A stretch of 25,981 nucleotides of DNA. It comes from an uncultured archaeon (GTDB lineage Archaea > Asgardarchaeota > Heimdallarchaeia > Heimdallarchaeales > Heimdallarchaeaceae). A model generated the notes under the pieces. The model saw nothing but the letters and a program-made list of their open reading frames with translations. It did not search any database and had not been told where the DNA came from. Position numbers and translations under genes: made by a program. Location: the NCBI GenBank assembly GCA_964534625.1, contig CAZHRF010000024.1, positions 18,417 to 44,397 on the forward strand, written 5' to 3'. Shown one piece after another: positions 8,463 to 17,195 of the stretch; the first letter of the stretch is position 1, and every line of letters starts with the position of its first letter.

Positions 8463-9296
8463 ATGGTATCTGAGTTCGAGAAAATAGCTACAGAAGAATA
8501 TGTTTCAGTCAATACAGAGGGAACGGAAAAATTAAGATGTTTGCTCCATGTTAAAGAGAGTAATTCTACCAAAAATTTAGTGCTAATCCCAGGTTATAAC
8601 TCATTACCTTCAGCATGGGATATACTCGTTATGGAAATGAAAGATGACTATAATATATGGCTTTTTGAAACAAGAGAAAAATATACAGCTATTTTACCCG
8701 AAAATGCTAGTTTTGAAGGCGAAAGATTTGCAAAGGATGTAGCTAAATTAATCGAATATTACTCGCTCCAAGATCAAGAATATATTGTGCTAGCCTCAAG
8801 TATGTCTTCCCTTTTCGTTGAAAAAGCTTTAGTGATGCAAATAATCAATCCAAAACGGGCGTATCTTGTTGGGCCATTATTAAAACCCCCAGTTCCTCGT
8901 TGGGGTTATCTATTAATGTATCTTACACTACCTTTAACTTGGTATCTCTTTCTTAAGCCGCTATCTAAGGCCTATATTGGTTGGATTAAATTAAGAAGAG
9001 ACCAAAAAGAACAACGAAAAAAATATCATCATTATTTAGATACAGTTAACTTCAGGCGTTTAAGAAAAACTTCTATTTACCTGAAAAATTTTGAAATTAG
9101 CGAAGAAGAATTAACAAAGATAAAAACCGAATGCATATTAGTCGATGCAGAAAAAGATACTGCCCATGAAACGGAAATTGTCAAAATAATGAAAGAGCAT
9201 ATCGAAAAAGCCAGTAGTTATACACTTGAAACAAACATAGATACGCATACTTTACCTATGGTAGAGTTGATACGTAAGTTAGAACAAACTGAATGA
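8463..9296 (+). CDS. Alpha/beta-fold hydrolase (lipase/esterase-like)
   Basis: LVLIPGY oxyanion region, AWD, FETRE, nucleophile elbow VLASSMS, candidate acid in DAEKD and His in DTH. ATG 8463 preferred over TTG 8448. Confidence 0.8.
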   Translation: MVSEFEKIATEEYVSVNTEGTEKLRCLLHVKESNSTKNLVLIPGYNSLPSAWDILVMEMKDDYNIWLFETREKYTAILPENASFEGERFAKDVAKLIEYYSLQDQEYIVLASSMSSLFVEKALVMQIINPKRAYLVGPLLKPPVPRWGYLLMYLTLPLTWYLFLKPLSKAYIGWIKLRRDQKEQRKKYHHYLDTVNFRRLRKTSIYLKNFEISEEELTKIKTECILVDAEKDTAHETEIVKIMKEHIEKASSYTLETNIDTHTLPMVELIRKLEQTE

Positions 9297-9369
9297 AATC
9301 GAGTAGTATATTTCTCTATCTAGGTATTAGTTTAAAGCAGAGGCTATTAACTATTAAGTGTGATTAAAG

Positions 9370-9377
9370 TTTATATA
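9370..9377 (+). promoter_or_regulatory. TATA box of probably leaderless degV transcript
   Basis: TTTATATA preceded by A-rich BRE-like attaaag, ending 24 nt before ATG 9401; no SD. Confidence 0.6.
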
Positions 9378-9400
9378 TAACATATAGATTATTATAAGCA

Positions 9401-10279
9401 ATGAAATCATTGGTTATCGTTGATTCAGCTGTAGATTTACCAAAGAAATATTCTAACAAATATAATATTAAACAAATTCCTCAAAAAGTAATTTTTGAAA
9501 ATGGCGAGGAATTCAAGTTGGGTGAAGATATATCAGTTCAAGAGTACTACAAAAAATTACATTCTTCAGAAACCATACCCACGTCTTCAGCACCTAATGT
9601 AAATGATTTTTTTGAAGTATTTAAACAAACTTTTGAAGAAGGATATGAACATATTCTCTTTATTTCTGTAGCTCATGCGTTAAGTTCAACTCTTAATAAT
9701 GCTCGTATTGCTTCAAAAAGATTTCCAGGGAAAGTAACCATATTTGACACAGAATCAGCATCTGGGGTACAAGGCTTGTTGGCACTAGAAGCAGTTCATC
9801 TTTTAAAAAAAGAGTTTGATATTTCTTCTATCGTTGAAATACTAGATGAATTAAAACAAAAAACTTTCCTTTGTGTAGGATTTCAAAATCTTGAAAGTGT
9901 TTACAAATCTGGTCGTTTAAAATCTAAATTTACGCTCTATATCACAAAACTTTTTGGCGTAAAACCTGTTGTTGTTATGAAAAAGCCTGGGATCTTGAAG
10001 TCAACTTTACCTGGTTTTTTTAGTAGCAAAAGAATGGAAAAAAAATTGGTTAAACTTTCAAAAAAACACATTGATCGCCATAAAAAGTACAATGTTATCA
10101 TATCTCATGTGAATAATACAGCTGGAACGGAAAGAATAGCATATATGATAAAGAAAAATGCTAAATTTTCGATTAATAACATTTTCATTACTGAATGTAG
10201 CCCAATAATAGGAACATATACTGGTCCTGGTACAATTGTTCTTTCTCTTGCCCCTACATATGTTGAATTTGAAGACTAA
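9401..10279 (+). CDS. degV: DegV family fatty-acid-binding protein (FakB-like)
   Basis: IVDSAVDLP, PTSSAP, ISVAHALSST, FDTESASG, SGRL, GVKP and IGTYTGPG motifs. Confidence 0.93.
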   Translation: MKSLVIVDSAVDLPKKYSNKYNIKQIPQKVIFENGEEFKLGEDISVQEYYKKLHSSETIPTSSAPNVNDFFEVFKQTFEEGYEHILFISVAHALSSTLNNARIASKRFPGKVTIFDTESASGVQGLLALEAVHLLKKEFDISSIVEILDELKQKTFLCVGFQNLESVYKSGRLKSKFTLYITKLFGVKPVVVMKKPGILKSTLPGFFSSKRMEKKLVKLSKKHIDRHKKYNVIISHVNNTAGTERIAYMIKKNAKFSINNIFITECSPIIGTYTGPGTIVLSLAPTYVEFED

Positions 10280-10298
10280 CTAGTTGAAGACCAACTAT
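10269..10298 (+). repeat. 15-bp imperfect tandem duplication spanning the degV stop codon
   Basis: ttgaagactaactag (10269-10283) followed by ttgaagaccaactat (10284-10298). Confidence 0.75.
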
Positions 10299-10369
10299 TG
10301 ATAAAGACAGATGGTTTTCTTTGATAGAAAGAAATATCAAAATGGGGGAGAAAAGAACCGAGTATTATT

Positions 10370-10993
10370 TTATCTTGTTGATATTTTTAACACCTCTTCA
10401 ATCTGTTCTGTTACTTTTTCTTCAACAACTACTGATAATTGTTGTGTTTTTGATTGAAGTTTTGTTACATAATCTCTGTCTTCAATATTTGCAAGCAACC
10501 TTCGAATGCTTATTGATGCTATTTTAACTCCTGTTGAGGCTATCATTCCACCTACTACTAGATCACCTAAAGCATGTTTGTTACCCTTTGTACCTATTTC
10601 AGATATTATCTCAACAACTTCATAGCATAACATAAAAATTTCTTCATGCTTACCGATTTTATTCTTAAAGGTTTTTTGTAACGATTTTCTAACTGTACTA
10701 ATATCTTCTTTTTTTTTAGACAGCTTAAGACCACTTAATACTTCAGAGCAGTCAAAAATTCTTTCAAAAATCTTATTTGTCAATTTGATATGCAGTTCTT
10801 CCAACTTCTTGTTTTTCTCAACAAAAAAAGGTTCATAGGTAAGATATTCTTGTCTTCCTAACGTTAGTTTGGTAAACATTAAGCCTAGTGATGCGCCTAA
10901 AGCGCCTAATATGCAAGACGTTCTAATACTTGTAGTTAGTGAAGTATCCGCGGACAGATATTCAATGAAGTCCTTGACGTTTAAGTTGATCAA
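10370..10993 (-). CDS. Stand-alone, degenerate formiminoTHF cyclodeaminase-domain paralog
   Basis: Colinear with the C-terminal domain of the ftcd in this window (INLNVKDFIEYLSAD vs INLKMTSFLNELASD; GTKGNKHALGD vs GTKGNAHALSD), but lacks PAPGGGS and KDANAF. TTG start. Confidence 0.85.
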   Translation of the reverse strand: MINLNVKDFIEYLSADTSLTTSIRTSCILGALGASLGLMFTKLTLGRQEYLTYEPFFVEKNKKLEELHIKLTNKIFERIFDCSEVLSGLKLSKKKEDISTVRKSLQKTFKNKIGKHEEIFMLCYEVVEIISEIGTKGNKHALGDLVVGGMIASTGVKIASISIRRLLANIEDRDYVTKLQSKTQQLSVVVEEKVTEQIEEVLKISTR

Positions 10994-11201
10994 TTGTCTG
11001 ATAATACTTGAATTTTGACTGATTTAAGATTATCGAAATTTCATTTTTTGTTTTTCAAGTATCTAAAGAACTTATAATTCTAAAAATTTACAATAAAATT
11101 TTTGCCAATCGAAATTATGTATTTCATTTCACAATAAACTAAGACAAACATAAAAACATTTAGAATGCTTAAAAAGAAAAGAGAGACAGTAATAATTGTT
11201 T

Positions 11202-12737
11202 TCAGCTATTTTTTTTACCAATACCATCTTGTTCTTTTTCTAACCAATTAGCAAAAGAATTTTCGAGTGATTCCAAGGCATCATCAACCGAATAATCTTT
11301 GGAAGGTACAATTTTATCATCAACAATAGTTATTTTAACTGCATTTGATCCTACTAATTCATATATCATATCCATGAATAAATTAACCGGCATTTTCAAG
11401 ATTTCAGCTGCTTTAGTAATTTTTATTTCTCCATGAATTTTCAATAATCCTTTTAATCTATTGATCTGAGATATTTTTTCTTCCCGTGATCCTTTCTGCG
11501 TTGCGCGTTGATTTATGTATGATGAAGTAGAAGATGATTGTTCAATTATATCTTCTCTCTTCATATATTCCTCAACTGTTGTGTGGGGTAAAGCAGTCAT
11601 AGTTCGAATATTTCTGTGATCTCTGACTCCAGATGAAGCTATATACGTAGTAATTAGTTTAGGACCATAGATATCTGCAATTGTACTCAATGGTATTTCT
11701 GTATTAGTCGATATTTCCTTTGCATTATAAGTGTTAGTAGCGGTGACATAAGCTTCAATAATTGCTTCTGCTCCTTCTTCTCTTATTACTGCTTTATCAA
11801 CATTAATGTCCTTAGCAATATCTTCAATATTATATTCCCGAGTGGAAAATAGGTATTCCTTTATGATATCGGAGATAGCTATATTTACTATGGTTTTTTC
11901 GTTTAAACCGAGTCTATTAGACAATTCAGCGACATCGAATGTTTTTGTATTAATTACCTCATCTAAAACCTTTTTTCTTATTTTGGTGTTAGATCTACTA
12001 ATGGAATTAAAAATTAACGCTTCTAATAAAAAGAATGGCAGGGTTGAGCTTAATCCTATGGCTAAATGAAGATAAAACCAATATTCTATAGAGAACAATA
12101 TCAGAAAACTAATATTATATCCACTTTGAAATCCCCCAAAAATTAACCAAAAGAGAATATACATCTTTGGAGAAGTTTCCTTCATATTTTTATCAAGAAC
12201 TATCTGAGTGATTGAACGCCCTTTTTTGAATAGTGATATGAAGGTAATAATCATCAGAGTCAAAGATGCAATCCCAAATGGAATGGCACTAGATTGAAAC
12301 ATTCGCCAGGTACCAATAAAAACAGAGAAATTAACCGGAATATTATTTATTGAACGCCTGTGAGGTATAGTTATAATCGAAAATATCATCTGTAGGAATG
12401 TAGAAACCGCTATAAATAGTTCAAGAAGATAATTCTCTCTTTTAATAAAAATTGATGAAATCATAAAATAGACCCATATAAAAAGGGATAAAAAGTAAAG
12501 AGCTCCTCCCAACGGTGATAAGAATACTTCCCAACCATGTATTGTATTAACCAAGACATACCAAAATATGTTTACATCAATACGATGCATATATGTAAAA
12601 ACTGGTTCAATATTGCGTACAGTTGTTTCTGAGGGAAGGGTTATCATTAACAAAAAGATTGAAATCACATAGATAATTACTGATGATAATCTTAATTTGG
12701 TATTTTCCATGAATGATTTAATTAAATTTTTTTTCAT
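11202..12737 (-). CDS. Multi-pass membrane protein with four 35-aa HTH-like repeats and C-terminal PCI-like winged helix
   Basis: About 7 hydrophobic segments in the first ~245 aa; four tandem 35-aa repeats; terminal GEIKITKAAEILKM...YELVGSNAVKITI...LENSFANW resembling Asgard PCI/winged-helix tails. Confidence 0.7.
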   Translation of the reverse strand: MKKNLIKSFMENTKLRLSSVIIYVISIFLLMITLPSETTVRNIEPVFTYMHRIDVNIFWYVLVNTIHGWEVFLSPLGGALYFLSLFIWVYFMISSIFIKRENYLLELFIAVSTFLQMIFSIITIPHRRSINNIPVNFSVFIGTWRMFQSSAIPFGIASLTLMIITFISLFKKGRSITQIVLDKNMKETSPKMYILFWLIFGGFQSGYNISFLILFSIEYWFYLHLAIGLSSTLPFFLLEALIFNSISRSNTKIRKKVLDEVINTKTFDVAELSNRLGLNEKTIVNIAISDIIKEYLFSTREYNIEDIAKDINVDKAVIREEGAEAIIEAYVTATNTYNAKEISTNTEIPLSTIADIYGPKLITTYIASSGVRDHRNIRTMTALPHTTVEEYMKREDIIEQSSSTSSYINQRATQKGSREEKISQINRLKGLLKIHGEIKITKAAEILKMPVNLFMDMIYELVGSNAVKITIVDDKIVPSKDYSVDDALESLENSFANWLEKEQDGIGKKNS

Positions 12738-13017
12738 TTAATCACATAACATTGATATTTTAATGTCTATATAAGTTTTTGTGAGAATTTAGAGTATCAT
12801 GTAAAGAAAGAATACGGAAAAAAAAGAGCCTTGCGTAATAAATACTAAATGAAAAAAACATCATAACTTTTGATTATGATAGAAATGTATTAATTTCGTT
12901 TGATATTTAGACAGACTTGCTAATATCATTATATCAGTTTCTGAGTATAAAACTTAAATAACCTAATACTGTGGTACCTTATACCATAGAAAATATGGTT
13001 CATGGAGAATACAATAA

Positions 13018-15012
13018 ATGTTTTCACCTTTCTCGGTACGATACGCAGATTTATTTGAAAGTGAGGAAATAAAAAATCTTACATCTCAAATCAATAAAAA
13101 CAAAGGAAAAGTCTTGCAACAATTTTATAGTCTACTTTTAGATCATACTAGCAAAGTTCAAGTTGATAGAGAAACCCTTAAACTAGCTTTGGATATGGCT
13201 GTCAATTATTATGATGTTACAACAGTCATTGATATCACTAATCCTTTACAATATCCACTTCATTATTTTTATAGAGCTTATGCTTTTCATCAGTTGGCTC
13301 AATATAATAAGATTGTAAGCTTAAAATTAAACTTTGAAAACAAATTCAGTAATTCGCTTACAAAACCAAGAAATGCGCTCATTCTAACATTTTTAGACTT
13401 TCTAAAGTTAATAGGTAATGACGATTTAAAAAAGGCTCAAGTTACGTATGATGAGATCATACTGTTCTGGCAAGATAAAAAAAATGAGATAGATCACAAC
13501 TATTTCAAAATCTTAGTGGACAAAGTTGCTTTTGATTTATTTTTAGAACTATCAGCTATATCAAAGGCAGAAGAACTCGCACGGGGTTTCTTACAATACG
13601 CAAACGAAAACAAAGATATATTTATTCGTGCTCTTTCTCTTAATTTTCTTTCTAAAGTTATGATCTTAAAAGGTGAATTTAGAAAAGCAAAACGCTTCCT
13701 TAATTCTTCTTTGATTCCCATTGAAGAAATAAATAATGACTATTATAGGGCTATTATGTTAGAAAACTCTAGCCAATTGGCCATAGCAAAGCGAGATTAT
13801 GCCAAGGCTATACGTGTATTGAAGAAAGTATTAAAATTTGATATTAAAGAGGTTAGTAATAAGGCTAAAGTGGCAACAAATATTGCTGAATTATATCTTG
13901 AAGAAGATGAAATTGAGAATGCAAATAAATACCTAAAAATAGCACTTCACACAATAAAAAAGGATAATTTAAAGATCGTTAAACCTTATTTATTAATGGT
14001 ATTATCATCAATAAAAGAAGAAAACTTTCAAGAAGCAGAGCGTCTCTTAAAGGAGAGTAAAGATAAAATTACTACCTTCAATAAAGGAAAACAAGAATCC
14101 TATAGGTTATATCTCCTGGGGTTATTACATTTACATAAGAATGAAAATAAACAAGCCATAGGTGCATTTCATAAGGCACTTGCACTAGGAAAAGAATATA
14201 ACAATTATGAAGTATTATTTAAAACTCATGCAAGACTAGTAGATGTTTTTATTGGCGATCAAATGGATAATCTATTTCCTGATGGAGAGAATGCATTTAT
14301 TAAGCACACCGATTATATGGCAAGTTTGGCGCAAGAGCAGTTCATACCTAAAATAATGTGTGAATTTTCTATACAAAAAGCCTATGGTTTAATTTTTGCA
14401 GGATTATACGACGAAGCAAAAAACACTCTTTCAGAAGCAGCTAAACTCTCAAATAAATTCAAGTATTATCATCTGAAAAACCAAGCCTATGATATTTTAA
14501 AGTATTTGGATTATAATATTGATAATGAGAAAAGAATGGATCTCGAGGAATATAGCGAATTTTTAGGTGAAAAGAATTATAGTACAATGAAAGATGTTAT
14601 ATCAAAATATTCTTACTTCAAGTTTTTGAAAGAGCCACGGCATTACGACCCGATTTATTATTCTTTTGGAATTGTAAAAGAAGATTCAAAAGAAATAATT
14701 TTTACAAAGGAGTTTAATGTAAAGGAGTTTGACACAAAAGCTGAAATAGAGCAGTTTATGCAAGAACACACATTAAACGATAAAAGTTGTTTGATACATC
14801 ATTTGACCCCCCCTTCTTTTAACAATAAAGAATTTATCATAGATAAAGCAAAAGGATACTATCTATTTGCTATCTCCGATAAACCGTGTTATAAAGCAAA
14901 AGTGGGTTTGGATTTATTGGCTTTAAAACTCGAACAAGCAGATGATACGTTAATCAATAATATTATGAATAGAGAAATAAAAATTGAAAAAGATTTGACT
15001 ATCACTGAATGA
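13018..15012 (+). CDS. TPR-repeat protein with C-terminal longin-like domain
   Basis: Repeated helical motifs (KGEFRKAKRFL, RDYAKAIRVL, DEIENANKYL, NFQEAERLL, GLYDEAKNTL). C-terminal YSFGIV...IIFTKEF...FIID...YYLFAISDKPCYKAKVGL has a beta-beta-alpha longin-like pattern. Confidence 0.7.
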   Translation: MFSPFSVRYADLFESEEIKNLTSQINKNKGKVLQQFYSLLLDHTSKVQVDRETLKLALDMAVNYYDVTTVIDITNPLQYPLHYFYRAYAFHQLAQYNKIVSLKLNFENKFSNSLTKPRNALILTFLDFLKLIGNDDLKKAQVTYDEIILFWQDKKNEIDHNYFKILVDKVAFDLFLELSAISKAEELARGFLQYANENKDIFIRALSLNFLSKVMILKGEFRKAKRFLNSSLIPIEEINNDYYRAIMLENSSQLAIAKRDYAKAIRVLKKVLKFDIKEVSNKAKVATNIAELYLEEDEIENANKYLKIALHTIKKDNLKIVKPYLLMVLSSIKEENFQEAERLLKESKDKITTFNKGKQESYRLYLLGLLHLHKNENKQAIGAFHKALALGKEYNNYEVLFKTHARLVDVFIGDQMDNLFPDGENAFIKHTDYMASLAQEQFIPKIMCEFSIQKAYGLIFAGLYDEAKNTLSEAAKLSNKFKYYHLKNQAYDILKYLDYNIDNEKRMDLEEYSEFLGEKNYSTMKDVISKYSYFKFLKEPRHYDPIYYSFGIVKEDSKEIIFTKEFNVKEFDTKAEIEQFMQEHTLNDKSCLIHHLTPPSFNNKEFIIDKAKGYYLFAISDKPCYKAKVGLDLLALKLEQADDTLINNIMNREIKIEKDLTITE

Positions 15013-15028
15013 AGACACAATCATCAAT

Positions 15029-17194
15029 TTAAACAATTTCGAGATCAATCAAGATCTCTTCTGAGAATTTACTATTGTCTTCGTTTTTACCACATAGATA
15101 TGTAAGAGAATTAAATACTCTAAAAAATTTTTCAATCAGTTCCTTCCATGTGGCAATGGTTGAATCACTAATGTGGTATTTAGCGCTTAATTCGATTATA
15201 CTCATTCCATTAGTCCAAATATCTTCTATTAAAGATAAAGTTTTATTTTTAAGTAGTTCATTCGCCTGAATTTCTCGTCTGAACTGTTGATCTATATCTA
15301 CAACTTTACCCATAAAATACATGAAGTTTATTTTTTCTTTTGCGTTAAAAAAACTCACGTAATCCAAAAAATCATAAGGATGGAGAAAATTGAAGCTACA
15401 CACTTTCCCAAACAAAGTTGTATTGAGTTTATTCTCTTTAGATCTAACTATGAAACCGTTATTAACCAACCAATCAATAATTCCATATGCTGAAAGATAA
15501 ATACGATTTTGAAGATGAGCTATGATAAAGCGTTGATGTTTACAAACATAGTTCGAGTAAATAGATTGGCACGTACAACTGTTTTTAGCTGGAGATAAGA
15601 ATGTTTTGAATGTTTTTGTCCCTTCTCTGGTTACTGTTCGGCTTTCCATGTTTGTTTGTTGAAGAGAAATGATTTCAAGAGGATGATGGCTTGTATTTTT
15701 ATCAAAAACTTGATCTAATTTTTCATAAAACGTTAATATTTCGTCGAGAGTATTATTTGCTGCTATTGAGCTGTATAAATTTATGTGAGAAACAGTATTA
15801 TCAGTAAAAAAATGTTTGTTCTTGTAAAACCAAAAAGAGTTGGAAATCTGCCCTAAAAGAGTTTCAATATCGTTTGAAAAGGAGGGTTTTGAATAGCTGA
15901 TTTGATTCAAATAATATTGACATAAAAAAGCATAATTACCAAATTTACTCTTAATTTCATCATACTTTGCAACTAGCTGCGGAGTATTTATTCCACTTTT
16001 ATCTTTGTGAACACTTTTTGCTTTTTGAAATAATTTTTCACGTATTTTTGTTTTGTTTGTGTGGCGATTTGATAAGATTATCCCCGTACCTTTGTCTTGA
16101 AATCCCCATCTACCTGCTCTTCCTAATATTTGAAAGACTAAATTATTAGAATCTTTGATAACTCGAGTTGTGTGGAGATAGATACTTACTTGAGCAGGTA
16201 AATTTACTCCCGCAGCCAACGTTGATGTGGCAAAAAGAAAATCAATTTTGCCATCTAAATAAAGTTCTTCAATTAATAATCGTATGATATCACTTAAACC
16301 GGCATGATGATACCCTATTCCATGTTTAACTAATGTTCTTAATTTAGGAGGTAAATATGTTTCCTTTGCTATTTGTCTAACTTCTTGATCAGTGGATAAT
16401 TTAAGATCTTCTAAAAAAACGTTTAAATCAGTTCCTGTAGTATAGGTATTTTTTTTGTTATCTAATTCCAGTGCCAATTTCTCTGTTGTGTGTCGAGAAC
16501 CACAAAATATCAGTACTGGTAAAGATGTTGACATTAAATCTTGAATTCTTTTTATAATATCATATGAATAATCCAAATGATAATGAATGGGTACAGGGCG
16601 CTTATTGGCAACTATCAGTTCTAAATCTAACCAATCAGAGAGCTCAATAGGGTTATCAATAGTTGAAGAAAGCAAAATTAGTTGCTTTTTTTGTGTATTA
16701 AAATGATAAGACAAAACTAGCTCTTCTAAAACCGTTCCACGATTACTAGAAAGGAAATGAAATTCATCTATAGCCATAATCTTAAGATATTTGAGCAAAA
16801 TTGGATATTTTTTTAAGCACACTAAAAATTTTTCATATGTACCAATGAAAACATTTGAATCTAAAATATCATTTTCACTTATTTTTACTCCTCCCACTGT
16901 TAATAAGATTTTTAATCCATAGGGACTAAATTCAGCTTGTACTTTTTCATATTCTTGAATGGCTACTGATTTATATGGAAAAAGAAAACAGACCTTAATC
17001 TTTCTGGGGCTATTAAGAAACTTGTTAAAATGTTTTCTAAAATAATTTAGTAAATAAACTTTAGTGATGAATGTTTTACCGGTTGAAGAAGGAGCTACCA
17101 TTAGTACGTTTTTTCCATTACTCATCTTTTCTAACGCTTGTTGCTGGAAAGTCGTTAAGTGTATTTTTTTAGGATTAGCTTGAACATCCATCAT
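15029..17194 (-). CDS. Ski2/Hel308-like SF2 DExH helicase with inserted SWIM zinc finger
   Basis: Q motif LTTFQ, Walker A APSSTGKT, GTYEK, DEFH, LSST, LIFCGSR, HHAGL, ATSTLAAGVNLPA, QILGRAGR; SWIM CTC-x8-CKH; WH wing LVNNGFI...TTLFG. Confidence 0.9.
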   Translation of the reverse strand: MMDVQANPKKIHLTTFQQQALEKMSNGKNVLMVAPSSTGKTFITKVYLLNYFRKHFNKFLNSPRKIKVCFLFPYKSVAIQEYEKVQAEFSPYGLKILLTVGGVKISENDILDSNVFIGTYEKFLVCLKKYPILLKYLKIMAIDEFHFLSSNRGTVLEELVLSYHFNTQKKQLILLSSTIDNPIELSDWLDLELIVANKRPVPIHYHLDYSYDIIKRIQDLMSTSLPVLIFCGSRHTTEKLALELDNKKNTYTTGTDLNVFLEDLKLSTDQEVRQIAKETYLPPKLRTLVKHGIGYHHAGLSDIIRLLIEELYLDGKIDFLFATSTLAAGVNLPAQVSIYLHTTRVIKDSNNLVFQILGRAGRWGFQDKGTGIILSNRHTNKTKIREKLFQKAKSVHKDKSGINTPQLVAKYDEIKSKFGNYAFLCQYYLNQISYSKPSFSNDIETLLGQISNSFWFYKNKHFFTDNTVSHINLYSSIAANNTLDEILTFYEKLDQVFDKNTSHHPLEIISLQQTNMESRTVTREGTKTFKTFLSPAKNSCTCQSIYSNYVCKHQRFIIAHLQNRIYLSAYGIIDWLVNNGFIVRSKENKLNTTLFGKVCSFNFLHPYDFLDYVSFFNAKEKINFMYFMGKVVDIDQQFRREIQANELLKNKTLSLIEDIWTNGMSIIELSAKYHISDSTIATWKELIEKFFRVFNSLTYLCGKNEDNSKFSEEILIDLEIV

Positions 17195-17195
17195 T

